Below, piece after piece: positions 1-15,300 of a stretch of 64,000 nt of DNA. Positions within the stretch are counted from its first letter, which is position 1; each line of letters opens with the position of its first letter. The position numbers and the translations under genes are program-made. The DNA lies in the NCBI RefSeq assembly GCF_009914755.1, contig NC_060925.1; one strand, written 5' to 3'. Under the pieces are notes generated by a model. It did not search any database. It worked only from the letters and a program-made list of their open reading frames with translations, and was not told the origin of the DNA. The DNA comes from the human T2T-CHM13v2.0 reference genome, Homo sapiens.

Positions 1-761
1 ATGAAGCCTCCCTCCCCACCCCAACCTTGGAGGGTGTGGGATAAACTACATTTTTTCTTTCTTAAACCTGCTTTTGTCCTTACCCCCCACTTCTGAATGG
101 TCTTTCTTTACTCTTATTAATATCATTTGGTTAGTTGTGTTGCTGTTTTCTTGGATCTGGGAGACATGTGTTCTCTTTTATGTGTTTATTTAGTCTGAAT
201 CTCATGAGTTTTTAAGACCTCTTTCCTTTCCTATGCAATACAGGGTTGCAGAGTGGCAGGTTTTAGGCCGAATTACGTTTTTACCTATGTTTTGATTCAT
301 CTGCATGGTGTTGTATAACTGTGAAATGGCACAAAAAAATCCTAGTTTTTTTTTCTCTTTAAAAAATGGAAAGTGGAAGTATGCTGGGCCTGCATTTCTC
401 ACAGTGGCAGTGACAGTGACAATTGGTTGGAATCAAGGAACTGGTCCCTTTGGACATGGCATATCTTTGCCATTTCACCAGTCTCCACAACTGTTTCCCT
501 TATTTACGTTGCCTGCTCCTGTGGGCATTTGTTTGCAGCCCCGGGAAACAGATAATGGTAGTAGGGTTTGTTAGCTGGTAAGAAGGGCTGAGAAGCTATC
601 CTCTGCCTTCTTTCCTTTTTTTTCCCCTAGGCTTCCCTGTTGCCTTACAAGGAGAGGAATAGCTTTTTACTAGTCTTTGCCCCAGGCACATCTGATCACT
701 TGTCGATAACTCTGGGGTTAGACAATAGTTGCTCAGTCTGAAGGCCGAGTTAAAAGCAATT

Positions 762-1063
762 GCTGGTAGGGCTCACATCTGTAATCCCAGTACCTTGGGA
801 TGCTGGGAGGATTGCTTGATCCCAGGAGTTTGAGAACAGCTTGGCAACATAGTAAGACCCTGTCTCTACAAAAATAAGAAAAGTTATTTTTTATTTTTTT
901 ATTTTTGGTGGTGTGCGCCTGTAGTCCCAGGTACTTGGTAGGCTGAGGTAGGAGGATCCCTTGAGCCCAGGAGGTCAATTCAAGGCTGCAGTGAGCCATG
1001 TTCATACCACTGCACTCCAGCCTGGGCGACAGAGCAAGACCTTGTCTAAAGGGAAAAAAAAAA
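762..1063 (+). mobile_element. Alu (old, J-like)
   Basis: Dimeric Alu consensus blocks and poly(A) tail. Confidence 0.9.
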
Positions 1064-1734
1064 AGCTTGCTTAGAACCTTCCTTGGGGAAGGCAAAATGG
1101 AATGAGCAAGAGTCAGAAAAATCAGAATTTGAGACCTTCCAAAGTTTGACCAAGAATATTTGTTTGTTCATTTATTTTTGGTTTTAATAGTATTTATTAT
1201 TTTGGTTGCAAAAGAAAAGTGCAAAGAAGAAAATAAATCACCAAATGAATTACCCTCATTCTCACCTCACAATATACTATTGGCATTTTGGTTTACAGTT
1301 GTCAGTCTTACCTTAGTATGTATATGTGTGTTTATATAATTTTTAACAGACTTAAAATAATCTATATGTTTTACTTTTTTTGTACTTCATAATTGTCCAT
1401 ATTTTCCCTTGTCGTTATGTCTTCTAAAACATGCTTTCTAATAGCCACCTAATATTTCATTATGAATAGACAAGTTATTTGATCAATTCACTATAGTTGA
1501 AGATAAGTTGCTTTCTATTGTTTGCTCCAAATTATTAATTTTGTAATTTTCCCTATTGTTTCTGGAGAGCTATAGATAACGTGATTACGGAGAATGGCAC
1601 GGTAACTGATGTGTCCCTTAGGTTCACTGGGAAATTGGAGATGAACTTGTTTTCTCTCTTCCTTCTGTATTAATATGTATGTGTAGTTAGTTAATGACAT
1701 ATTAGCTTATTTGATTATTTATATAGTACTATAT

Positions 1735-1897
1735 TGTTTGTACAGTGCTTTTTACAGACACTATCTAATTGAATCTTCATGATAACTGTAAAGAGTAGGT
1801 AATTTCATCCTCACTTGATAGATGAGGAAATTGAGGCTCACAGATTGGAAGTGACTTTCCCAGCTCTAAGTGATAGATCTGGAACTCAAATTCAGAT
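1735..1897 (-). mobile_element. MIR SINE
   Basis: gatgaggaaattgaggctcacaga is the reverse of the MIR core. Confidence 0.7.
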
Positions 1898-1898
1898 C

Positions 1899-2194
1899 TT
1901 TTTTTTTTTTAGATGGAGTCTCGCTCTGTCGCCCAGGCTGGGGTGCAGTGGTGCGATCTTGGCTTACTGCAACCTCCACCTCCCGGGTGGGTTCAAGCGA
2001 TTCTCGTGCCTCAGCCTCCCGAGTAGCTGGGATTACAGGTACCACCACCACACGTGGCTAATTTTTGTATTTTTAGTAGAGATGGGGTCTCACCATGTTG
2101 GCCAGGCTGGTCTCAAACTCCTGACTTCAGGTGATCCACCCGCCTCAGCCTCCCAAAGTGATGGGATTACAGGTGTGAGCCACCACACCAGGCC
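1899..2194 (-). mobile_element. Alu (S-like)
   Basis: Poly(T) followed by reverse Alu consensus. Confidence 0.93.
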
Positions 2195-2454
2195 AGGTCT
2201 TTCTAATATACAGACTTGATTTTATTTTATAATATTTAGGCAAACAAAGGTTTGAATTTGGACAGTTTTTCTTTATTCTCTGGCTTATATTAATGGTAGT
2301 TCTTTTCCAAAAAGGGACCCTTGATTCCTCACTGGGTCAGTGTTTTCCCTTTCTCCCATGTACTCTTTCTCTTTACTAACTGGCGAGGAGAGCTTGATCT
2401 TTTTGGCACTCCTCAATATTGCCTTTAAAACTCAGGGATTCTATTTAAGGCACT

Positions 2455-2585
2455 GCAAATATGGCCTTGGTCAAATTGTTTTATTACCCAGACTTCAGTT
2501 TCCTCACATGAAAAATGGGGAAGATGATAATGCTTATTCCTCAAGGTTGCTGGAAGAGCAAGGAGATAATGCAAATAAAGCTAGT
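2455..2585 (+). mobile_element. MIR SINE
   Basis: cttcagtttcctcacatgaaaaatgggg MIR core. Confidence 0.65.
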
Positions 2586-2990
2586 TTAAGCAGAAATTGG
2601 GAGTTTATAATAAAGGGAGTGTTTCATGGAACTAAAGGAAGAAATAGAACTAGGAACTAGAACCATAGAGAACCAAGGCAGTTCTTTATCTCCGTTTCTC
2701 TAGTGCTCGCTACACATCTGTGTTGTGTTCTCTCTCTGTTCTCTAGCCCAGCTTGCAAATGGTAGTCACATCCAGCTTTCAGGTTTACATGTTACAAATT
2801 TAGCCTCAAAGAGAGCATCTATCCCACCTCCAGATTCCCAGAGAAGGAACTCTAGTTGGCCCAGAGTGAGTTAGGCATCCTTCCCTAGATCAATCAACTA
2901 TGACCAGGAGGGTGGTATCATGTTGTACATACAGACTGCCAAGAGCTCACCCACCCTCTTAGATAGTTTAGGGGAATGGGGTGGTAGTCA
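2585..2990. mobile_element. MLT1 (ERVL-MaLR) LTR remnant
   Basis: Resembles MLT1J/K consensus (ttggcccag...tcaatcaactatgaccaggag); recognised by eye. Confidence 0.45.
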
Positions 2991-3357
2991 CTTAAGTGGG
3001 TACTTTTATGTGACTGAAGGCATGAGAGTCTTCAGGAATGGCAAGGATTGAGTATGTGATCACCTTGTTGCTGTTCCCTACTTTGTCTGCATCTTAATTG
3101 ATCGTTCTAGAGGCCCAGCTGTGACCTCTTTTATCCAGTCTATAAAATGCTCCAGCCAGTCTTTGTGGGCTGTAGGTACCTTATATAAGGCTTGATCTGA
3201 TTGCAGGGTGGGGTCAAATAGGTGCAGCTTCCAAGATGACCAACAAGAGTAAGAGTAGACTTTAAAGATGTCATGCTTTAGGTGCGACAGTGTTCTTCCT
3301 CCGGTTTCCAGGGACCCAACACTCCAAGTCACTAATACTTCCCTTCTCTCTGCTCAG

Positions 3358-3450
3358 GGAGATGGTACTGGAGTCGCCAGTATTTACCGGGGGCCATTTG
3401 CAGATGAAAATTTTAAACTTAGACACTCAGCTCCAGGCCTGCTTTCCATG
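3358..3450 (+). CDS. PPIH: PPIH internal coding exon ([31 protein letters not shown])
   Basis: Polypyrimidine-CAG acceptor ending 3357 and ATG|GTAAGT donor; 93 nt, phase 0/0. Translation is the cyclophilin GDGTG...F.DENF..H..PG.LSM motif, recognised as cyclophilin H. Upstream exons lie outside the window. Confidence 0.97.
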
Positions 3451-3595
3451 GTAAGTGAGGTCCAATCAAGGTTTTGGGTTATAGCCAGCTGGTTCCTGGG
3501 CCCCTCTTGAGGCCCAGTGCTGTCTCTTGGGATGGAAGCAAATGCTTTCCTTCTCTTGCTTGGCCCAGGACTCACCTTTACCACCTCCTTTCTTA

Positions 3596-3944
<349 letters not shown>

Positions 3945-4053
3945 CTAGCAGGCTAGCAGGCTGGGGAACTAAAATCTGAACCAGGATTTGTGTCTGGGCA
4001 TTCAGCCCTACTGCTCAGAATGTAAACAGTTGTGCTTTCAAGACATATTCATA

Positions 4054-4297
4054 GCTGGGTGTGGTGGCTCACACCTGTAATCCCAGCACTTTGGGGAGGC
4101 CGAAGCAAGAGGATTGCTTGAGGTTGAGGTCAGGAGTTTGAACAATCTGGGCAACATAGTGAGACTTAGTCTCTACTTAAAAAAGAAAAAAAAAATTAGC
4201 CAGGTGTGGTGACACACACCTGTAGTCCCATCTACTAGGGAGGCTGAGGTGGGGAGGATTGCTTGAGCCCAGGAGTTTGAGGCTGCAGTGAGCCATA
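4054..4297 (+). mobile_element. Alu (J-like, 3' truncated)
   Basis: Alu consensus blocks. Confidence 0.88.
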
Positions 4298-4474
4298 TCC
4301 TGTTCATCTCTGTATCCTTGGATCCTAGCTTAGGCCCTGGCTCATAATAGGTGCTAAGTTAGATTTACTGAAAAAAACCATAGAGGAATCAGTGTTACAA
4401 GCTCTTTTGGAAATCTTGCCCTTCAGCTAACATGGCCGGGGAAACTTACTGCAGGTATATTTGGTTTCCATCAG

Positions 4475-4562
4475 GCGAACAGTGGTCCAAGTACAAATGG
4501 CTGTCAGTTCTTTATCACCTGCTCTAAGTGCGATTGGCTGGATGGGAAGCATGTGGTGTTTG
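4475..4562 (+). CDS. PPIH: PPIH coding exon ([30 protein letters not shown])
   Basis: catcag| acceptor and TTTG|GTAAGT donor; 88 nt; cyclophilin QFFIT...[10 protein letters not shown] motif in frame with the previous exon. Confidence 0.97.
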
Positions 4563-4819
4563 GTAAGTCCTACTCCTGTCTCATGGTCCAGGCCCCATTC
4601 ACCCTGGATGGAACCTCCAGAGGAGTTAGTTCTCAAACTCTTACCAAGAAAGCTCAACCTGTGTAACTGCTTAGGTGGTAATAGAGAAAACAGAAATGGT
4701 GGGGAGGTGGGGAACATGTGTGGCTAGAGAACTAGAGGGAAGGACAAAAGGACCATTTGATATAGTATGGAACCACTTAGGGAGAAAACCCAGTTGCTAG
4801 CACCAAAGAAATGCCATAG

Positions 4820-4985
4820 AGGCAGCATGATACGGTGAGACTTTGGAGTCACTCAGGTATAAGTTTGAGCCCTAACTCTACTTATTACCTATGACCTTGA
4901 GCAAGTCATTTCACCTCTACCGCATCTTAATTTCCTAAAGTTAGTATGAGGGTTTAATGAGAAAATAGCTAAGAATGGGCTTTGG
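4820..4985 (+). mobile_element. MIR SINE
   Basis: atgaccttgagcaagtcatttcacctct. Confidence 0.6.
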
Positions 4986-5041
4986 AAGCTGGAAAATGCT
5001 ATGTAAACAAGAATAAAGTCCAGCTCATGCTCTTCCTACAG

Positions 5042-5082
5042 GAAAAATCATCGATGGACTTCTAGTGATGAGAAAGATTGAG
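5042..5082 (+). CDS. PPIH: PPIH coding exon (G-KIIDGLLVMRKIE)
   Basis: tcttcctacag| acceptor and GAG|GTAAGT donor; 41 nt, restores phase 0. Confidence 0.96.
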
Positions 5083-5269
5083 GTAAGTACTGCTTTGATT
5101 TTTCTGTTTCTCTGCCATTGTGGTCTGGTACTGTCTGACTAGCGTGCAGGAGCTAGAGAAGGGGGAATGAGCTCCAGTTTGTTAGGCTGTCTTCATTGCC
5201 CCAGGAAAAGGGAAGAGAACCACCTAAGTTAGCCTGTCTGGCCAACACTGAGGTTTGGCCTCTGATGAT

Positions 5270-5820
5270 CCTGTTGCCTACTTGATAAAATTCTACTCCT
5301 CAGCATTGCGTTCAAGGTCCTTCATGATTAGTCCCTGTCTACCTCTCCATGGCCCCTTCTTCTGCCATTGCCTCTTCCATGTTCCAGTCACATCAGGCTA
5401 CTAGCTCTTCTCTAAATCTGCCATGCATGTCCCTGCTGCTTGCTCTTTCCTGCCCCTGAGCCTTTGCTCACACAGTTTCCTCTAGCCGGAATGCTCTTCT
5501 TTCCTTCCCTCCTGATGGAATCCCATTCATCCTTCTAGGCACAGTTCAAATACCCCTCTTTTGTGAATCCTTCCCTGACCTCTTTAAGCCCCAATTTAGT
5601 TGCCTATCTAACCCTTATCCAATTCTCTCTTATAACTTTTTCTTATATAATCATAAGTTTGATATTTTCTAAGTGTTTTGCATTTTCTCTTTGATAGGTA
5701 TTATATGCTTTACCTGTCTGCCAGGACATGGACTGTTTCTGAGTGCTGAGTCCTTAGCACAGGGCTGGCAGGCATCAGTAAAAGTTTGATAAGGGAACGA
5801 GGAAGTGCCTGAGTGGATGA
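5270..5820 (+). mobile_element. L2 LINE 3' remnant
   Basis: gagcctttgctcacacagtttcctctagccggaatgctctt...ccttccctgacc resembles the L2 3' consensus. Confidence 0.6.
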
Positions 5821-5845
5821 ATCTCCATTGTGCTTTTTTTCCTAG

Positions 5846-5914
5846 AATGTTCCCACAGGCCCCAACAATAAGCCCAAGCTACCTGTGGTGATCTCGCAGT
5901 GTGGGGAGATGTAG
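5846..5914 (+). CDS. PPIH: PPIH last coding segment (NVPTGPNNKPKLPVVISQCGEM*); exon continues to 5935
   Basis: tttttttcctag| acceptor; TAG at 5912-5914; CAG|GTAAGT donor at 5935/5936. Confidence 0.96.
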   Translation, partial: NVPTGPNNKPKLPVVISQCGEM

Positions 5915-5984
5915 TCCAGACAAAGACTGAATCAGGTAAGTGTGTCTTTCTCCTATTAGGTTAGGAATCAGACCTCAGAGAAGG

Positions 5985-6175
5985 CAGCATGGTCTAGTGG
6001 AAAGAACTTTAGTCTTGAAGACATGAGATTGAGCCCAGTTCCTCCGTGTATGGCCTTGGAGTAGTCACTTTCCTTCTCTGAGCACATTTCCTCATCTGTC
6101 AAATGGAAATACTGTAATACCTATCTCTCAGAGTCACTGTAAAAATAAAAAGAGAAAGGGTTGTAGGAGCACTTT
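5985..6175 (+). mobile_element. MIR SINE
   Basis: catttcctcatctgtcaaatggaaatact core. Confidence 0.65.
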
Positions 6176-6795
6176 ACTTTTCTATCACTTTGTAATGTAC
6201 AAAGTATCAATGTGAAAACTACTCAGGCAGTTTGTAACAGCACTCTCAGACTACAGTTCCATTCAGTAGTCCCCCTAGAAAGACCTGGCTCCAGGCCTGA
6301 GTAACTCTCTGCTGGGACCAGGCCAGGCAGCCAGGAGACACACCTGTCATGCCTCTCATCAGAACTGATACTGCAATTCCAGGCCTCGACTTCATATTCG
6401 CTGGCCTCATAGGTGAATGCCTTGCATCTTCCAGCCTACATGGACTCATTTCTTACCCGTAATTACCACTGCCTGCTCTGCGCTGGGCAGCATGCTAGCT
6501 GCAGAGAGGGGGACAAAGAATTGAAAGATGTCTCCTTTCAGGAGCTCATGGAAAGTAAGACATTCCCAGAGGTGATCACTAGTAATATGAGTGACATTGC
6601 CAAGTATGAGAAGAGTACAAGGGAGAAATCCATCACTTCCAGCCAGGTGAGGGGTAGTGATGTTTTGTTTTTCTTTTTTTTTTATTTTCAAACCTGCAAA
6701 AAAGTTAGAAGATAATACCTTGAACACCAATATATCTTCACTTAGATTCACCAATGATTAACATTCTTGTTTTATTGCTTTGCCTTGACATTTGT

Positions 6796-6930
6796 TTTTT
6801 TCTTTCCCTTCTTGCCTCCTCACCCATTTCCATTGCCTCTCCTCCTCCCTCCTGCTCCTCTTCCCTCCCTCCATCCTTTCCTTCCTTTCTTCCCATTTTC
6901 CTTCCTTTACCCTTTCTTCTTCTCTTTCCC
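6796..6930. repeat. CT-rich low-complexity (polypyrimidine/polypurine) tract
   Basis: About 130 nt, almost entirely C/T on the + strand. Confidence 0.85.
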
Positions 6931-7421
6931 ATTTGAAAGTTGCAGACTTCTTGACACTTTACCCCTAAGTATTTCAGCAAGGAACTCCTAAAAATAAGAA
7001 CATCCTACGTAACCACAATATTATCTAATATATAGTACATTTTCAAACCTCCCCAATTGTCCCAAAAGTAACTTTTGTAGCTTAAAAAAAGGTGATCCAA
7101 TCAAGGTTCCCATATTTCATTTCATTTGGTTTACACAAGTAACATAATACACTCTCATTGTGAAAACTTTCACACCAAACAGATAAAGTGAAAGCCCCTC
7201 TTGACAATACCCACCTGCAATTCCACTCCCCTTTCCAAAGGTCACTTCCTTATTAGTTTGATGTATGTCCATCAGGGCCTTTGCCTTGCCCATCTAATTT
7301 TGGGAGGTTTTCTTTTTCCCAAATGAAATCATACTATATTTTTCATGTTCTAAAAAATATGTCTTGAAAACTTTTCCTTCTTAGTTCATGTAAAACCACC
7401 TTGTATTAAAAAATGAAAACA

Positions 7422-7705
7422 GCCCGGCAGGAGGTGGCTCACTCCTGTAATCCCAGCACTTTGGGAGGCCAAGGAGGGCAGATAGCTTGAGCTCAGGAGT
7501 TCGAGACCAGCCTGGGCAACCTGGTGAGATCCCGTCTTTCCAAAAAAAAAAAAAATTAGCCAGGTGTGGTGGTGCATGCCTGTAGTCCCAGCTACTCAGG
7601 AGGCTGAGGTGGGAGGATTACTTGAGCCCAGGAGTTTGAGGCTGCAGTGAGCTATAATCACACCACTGTACTCCAGCCTGGATGACATCAAAAAAAAAAA
7701 AAAAA
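7422..7705 (+). mobile_element. Alu (J-like)
   Basis: Alu consensus with poly(A). Confidence 0.92.
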
Positions 7706-7731
7706 GGAAAAGAAAAACCGAAACTGCAGTG

Positions 7732-7902
7732 CAGGCTGAGCATCCCTAATCCGAAATCCCAAATGCTCCAAAATATGAAGCTTTTTGAGCACTAACATGA
7801 CATTAGAAGTGGAAAATTCCACACCTGACTTCATGTGATGGATCATAGTCAAAAATCTGTTTCATGCACAAACGTATTAAAAATATTGTATAAGATTACC
7901 TT
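7732..7902. mobile_element. Tigger4/MER46 (TcMar) DNA transposon fragment
   Basis: caggctgagcatccctaatccgaaat...aaatgctccaaaat terminal sequence. Confidence 0.7.
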
Positions 7903-7916
7903 ATACAATAGCTATA

Positions 7917-8080
7917 AGTAGCTAGGACTACAGGTGCATGCCACCACGCCCAGCTAATTTTTATATTTCTTGGTAGAGATGGGGTTTCATCATGTTGGCC
8001 AGGCTGGTCCCCACCTCAAGTGGTCTGCCCACCTTGGCCTCCTAAAGTGCTAGGATTACAGGCGTGAGCCACTGCCCCCA
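7917..8080 (-). mobile_element. Alu fragment
   Basis: Reverse Alu left arm plus linker. Confidence 0.85.
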
Positions 8081-9260
8081 ACTGAGCATTAGTTCTTAAT
8101 TTTATATGTTGTAATTGTTTTCTTCAGAATATATTTTAAGAAAAAAATTAGTATTGTGTTGCTTAAGTTTGGTGATATTCTTTGTTAAAGAGAAGTTCTA
8201 AATTTTGATGAAGTCCAAATTATCAGTCTTTCACTGCTTTTCAGTTTTGTCTCATTTAAGGTCTTTACTACCTCAGATCACAATGTTTTCTGTGTTTTTT
8301 CTAGTATTTCTTTTTATATGGTGGAGCTAAGATCATTTTTCTAGTATTTTTAAAGTCTTATTTGTACATTTATAAAATCATCTATAATTAATTTTTCTGT
8401 ATAGTGTTAAGATAGGACTTTTTCTTGTCTTTTTTTCCAAATGGAGATCCAGTCAAATACCTGACCATTTTAATGACTCTACAACACACCTTTATCTGTG
8501 ACCAACTCTGTTCAGAAAGCTGGCACTTACAGGCATTCAGTAAAAATTTATTACATGAGTTAAGTAGAGAGGGAGAATGTCAGGCATTTTAGGCGGGGAA
8601 CTCGTGTGAGCAAATGCTGAGGCTGGAATGCACAAGTGTGTGCTGAGAGCTACATGTGGACCTCTCTTGTTCAGCCAGATGATCCCTTCTCAGGCCCACT
8701 TGACACCCTGAGCTTTCCTTTCTGCCAATACTGGGTCCCCCTTGGGCCCAGCCTGCTCTCCCTCTTCAATGGCTGCTGGCCATTCCCTCCGTCTCCTACT
8801 CATTTCTTTGCTGTAACTAAAGTTGAGTTCATAGGTCCTTTCTTTTCAAAGACTGACCACTGATCACTACCAGAGGACAAACGATAACAAAAAGAATAAA
8901 GTTTAGAAATTCTTAATGTTGGGGCCTCTTTTCTGTATCTTTTTGAGTCTTTTACATAAAGTTACTGGAAGTCCTTGTTGAGGTTTTATTTCTGAGGGTG
9001 GGGATCATCAACCCTCCCCGCTCTCCCCCACTGTTAGCAAAAGTTATATGAACTTTTGCTTCCAAGAAAGCCCTTCTTCTCAGCCTGCAACCCAAGCAGA
9101 ACGCATTCCTCAGGTGGCCATTGTACATTCCACAGGCCCGCTAGACCAGGACTGTCCATAGGCTGTGATGATGGAAAGATTCTAGATCTGGGAGGTCCAG
9201 TATGGTTGCTACCAGCCCCATGTGACAACGGAACACTTAAAATGTGGCTGGTGCAACTGA

Positions 9261-9590
<330 letters not shown>

Positions 9591-9641
9591 TATTTTTTTT
9601 TTATTGACAGAACTAAGCTGTAGTTTATTAAATTTAAATTA

Positions 9642-9950
9642 GGCTGGATGTGGTGGCTCACACCTGTAATCCCAGCACTTTGGGAGGCCGAAGCAGGTGG
9701 ATCGCTTGAGGCCAGGAGTTTGAGACCAGCCTTGCCGACATGGTAAAACCCATCTCTACTAAAATTACAAAAATTAGCCGGGCGTGATGACACACGCCTG
9801 TAATCCCAGCTACTCCAGAGACAAAGGCACGAGAATCTCTTGAACCCGAGAGGCAGAGGTTTCAGTGAGCCAAGATTGTGCCATTGCACTCTAGCCTGGG
9901 CGACAGAGCGAGACCCTGTCTCAAAAATAAATAAGTAAATAAAAAAATAA
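9642..9950 (+). mobile_element. Alu (S-like)
   Basis: Alu consensus with A-rich tail. Confidence 0.93.
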
Positions 9951-10279
9951 TAAATGTAAAGAGCCAGTTGTAGCTAGTGGCTACTGTACTGGACAGTGAA
10001 CTCTTTTAAATGTAAGCTTCTCAATCTACTCGCCCTGGCTTGCTTAGAACTGAATCTCGTAGCTAATACTTAAGGGCACTATAATTAAAGCAGTTATCCT
10101 TCAATGAATTCTTCCTGTGCCCGGATAATGAGCTAAGAACTTTACTTGAATTATCGCATTTCACTTTACCAAAAATCCCTCATAGGTTTTAAGGTGTTAG
10201 GAAATCTGGGTGGCAGTCTAATGTAAAGGGGTTCTACAGATGGGCACCCCATTTTGGGTTTCTGAATAATGTGATTTAA

Positions 10280-10677
<398 letters not shown>

Positions 10678-10704
10678 GGGCAGTATTTCTTATACTTTAA
10701 CGTT

Positions 10705-10815
10705 CATACGGATCTCCAGGAGATTTGTTATAAAATAGTGGTTCTGACTCAGTGGGTTTGGATGGGGACTGAGATTTTGCATTTCTAATCAGCTCTCAGG
10801 TGATGCTGATGCAGA
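10705..10815. mobile_element. MER5-like hAT-Charlie fragment
   Basis: tctgactcagtgggtttggatggggactgagattttgcatttctaa...caggtgatgctgatgc. Confidence 0.65.
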
Positions 10816-10856
10816 CTGTGAGGCAAGTCAATAGGGGATAAGAGTCTATCTTTTAA

Positions 10857-11795
<939 letters not shown>

Positions 11796-12029
11796 TGATG
11801 AATTTGGTTATGTATAGCATAAATGAACCTCTACACTCAGGATTCTCCTGCTGTAGTCTGAATGGGTTGTTTGCTACTTACATGGACATGGGAGAGGGTG
11901 GCACCTCTCTTTTGAAAGCCCGAGTTCTGGCAGCTCTGCTAGTCTGATATGCTTACCCTCTTCCCTGTGATCCTCAAACCTGGTACCAGTACCAAATGGT
12001 AGAGAGCTTTCCTTAATTCATTGTTGCCT

Positions 12030-12195
12030 AGATTCTCCAACAGGTAATAATCATTTTGGGGCACTCGTTAAACCTACGAATTCCTAGATCCCTTCCCTGG
12101 AGTATTTGATTGAGTGGCTTTGGGGTGGGACCAGGATGTTATGTTTGTAACAAGTATCTCACATGCTTCTTAATAGAGAAGTGTGGGAAACACTA
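12030..12195. mobile_element. MER5-like fragment
   Basis: gattgagtggctttggggtgggaccagg...tttgtaacaagt...gggaaacact. Confidence 0.5.
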
Positions 12196-12539
12196 CTTTA
12201 GTTAGTGGTGGGATGACTGTCTTTTATTTTAATATTTGGATCTTAGGAAAAAATACGGAATTAGCACAATACATCATTTTACAGTTATTACAGCTTATAG
12301 TGAGGCAATATTGAAGTTCAAATAGTGATTAGCTTAAAAAATAAATTGTACCTGTGGATGATAGATATTGTAACAGTTGTGAAGATGCTATTTGAATGAC
12401 TAAGGTTTAGGAAACACTGTGTTTCATTCTAGAATTACCTATAGATGCGAGACATTCCCGTAGGGGAAGATTAGGAAATATGTGTTGGTGGCAGTTGGGC
12501 TGGTCCTCTATTCATTCCACAACTAAGCGCTGATGAATT

Positions 12540-13300
12540 AAGATAGTTCCCATGCTGCATATGAGGCTACAGATTTGAAAAGTCAGTTCCATCCTTCAAG
12601 GAACTCAGTCTCTTGGGAGAACTGACAATTACAGTACAATAAAGCCCTGTATTGGAGGTTTTAGAACAAGGTGAGGAAAGCATAAATGCCCGGATCTTCC
12701 CAGAGTGGTTGAGTAGACTACAGAAGAGATGATGCTTCAGTTTAGTACAAGAAAGAATATAACTTGTCAGGTGGCTAAAACTGGGCAGGGCATTCCAGGC
12801 AGAGGGAACAGCCTATGCAAAGTCACAAAGGCAGGAAACAGCAGGAAGTGTAGAGGAAGCTGCAAATAATTCAATATGACTGAAGCAGGAAGATATGAAA
12901 AGCAAATGGTGAGAAGGTTGGAGAGAGGCCAGGGCCAGTAGTGAAAGCCAGTGCCAAGTTTAGCAGTTCATATGTTATTCTGAGGGCAGAGGCTGACTTT
13001 CAGGCATGAAGTAATTTTTCCCTTTTGGGGAAGGAGTCCACTGTGCTCCTGAGATTCTCAAAAGGGGCACTGACCCTCCAAAAAAGAATCAGGCCAATAT
13101 GAACCACTTAAGGATTTTCAGCAGAATACTGTAGATGAATTTTCATGTTCAGAAGATGATTCTAGCAGCATTGTGGAGGATGGGCTGGAGGCCAGTGAGG
13201 AGTCTACTGCAGTAGTAGTCCAGGCAAGAGAAAAGAGGTTTTACATGAAAATATGGGTCTGGGGAACACTGGAGATTTGGCAGCAAATATTTATGTGCCT
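12540..13300 (-). mobile_element. L2 LINE remnant
   Basis: gggcattccaggcagagggaacagcctatgcaaag is the reverse of the L2 consensus. Confidence 0.65.
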
Positions 13301-14682
13301 GCTGGGCATGTGACACTGTATGTTCCCTGTCCTGAAACTCAGAAGCTCTGCCAGCTGAAAAGGCCAGGAGTGGAGAGAATGTCTGGCTCCAGTCCATTCC
13401 AGTCCAGTACAAAGGCAAAGCTGCTTGCATTGCAGCCAAGTCTTACACACGTAGAGGTTCCATTCTCTTCAGTGGAATACTATACAGCCTTAACAAAATA
13501 AAGAGGTAGATCTGGATGTGTTGGCAAGATTTCTAAGGTAAGTTAAGTGACAGTCAAGATGTAGTAATTTATGTAAGCATGTTACTGTTTATTTTGAATG
13601 ACTTTCAGGAATCTCTGCAGTGATATATAGCAGACTGTGGATAATACTTCTGCAGAGTAGAGATAGCAAAGAGACTTTTCAGTTGCCTTATTTAAGCTTG
13701 AATTTTCTACCTTGAACATGTATCTTGTAATAGAAATACATACTGTTTATATGTAGTGTTAACTAATCCTAAATCCTCCCAGCACTTCCCAGGAGCCTGC
13801 CCACAGCTGTGGCTAACATCAGGTGTGAATCCATTGCTGATCCCTCCACCTCCTCTTCCAGGTCTAAGCCCAGACAGTGGGTGCTCCCACAGCACTTGGT
13901 TCATCTCTCCACTGTGGCATTTAATATACTGTATCACAAATATGTAAGTCTGTTTTTCTCTGGACTGAGAACTTGTTGAAGCAAGGATCATGCTGACTAA
14001 CATAGTGCCTGGTATGACAGAGCTTAGGTCCTGGCACACCATGCAGCTTACAAAGTACATTTATACATTTTCATACACTTTGCTTGAGGGCCCACAGTTA
14101 AACTTCAGTCTGTGCCTGCAGTACGATGCCAGTACCCATTGTCCACTGGAGCAAGGTGTGGCATGTTTGAGGAATGGCAAGAGGAGGGGGACAATAGTAT
14201 CTGGGTGTACTTACTCTGTTCTCTTAGTATAGCTTGCTCGACTTCAAGGCCATAAACCCAGAGTGTGGACTTCCCTTTCTCTTTACCTCTGGGACCGAAA
14301 CCTGCAAGGAAGAAGGATTGCTTTTTGTTCTGGACCTCCACAGAGAGCCATCAGAGTCTGACAAAAAGGACAAAGGCTTTGGAGCCAAGTAGACCAGGAA
14401 GTCTCATCACTGTCTAATTCTGTGACTTCAGTCAAGCCATGAAACCCCTTGGGACCCTACTCCTTTGCATAATTAGATAATATATAATGCATGGAGTTGT
14501 GAAGGGCAAATAAATGAGATAGTATGCTTGACCATAAATGTTAGTTGCTTTCTTCCTGGTTCTTTTGTAATTTACTGCCCAACTTTGCTCTGGGGACCTA
14601 AAGGTCTGACCTATGGTGAGAATCTGACCTGTTCTACCCTTTTGGGAAAAGAGGATTAGGAGTGTAGAGAATAGCTGGGAGT

Positions 14683-15300
<618 letters not shown>

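Noticed and set aside
2374-2380. Perfect TACTAAC branch motif in the PPIH intron
   Set aside because: The pyrimidine tract lies upstream rather than downstream and no convincing exon follows; other copies (24834, ~33868) are also isolated.
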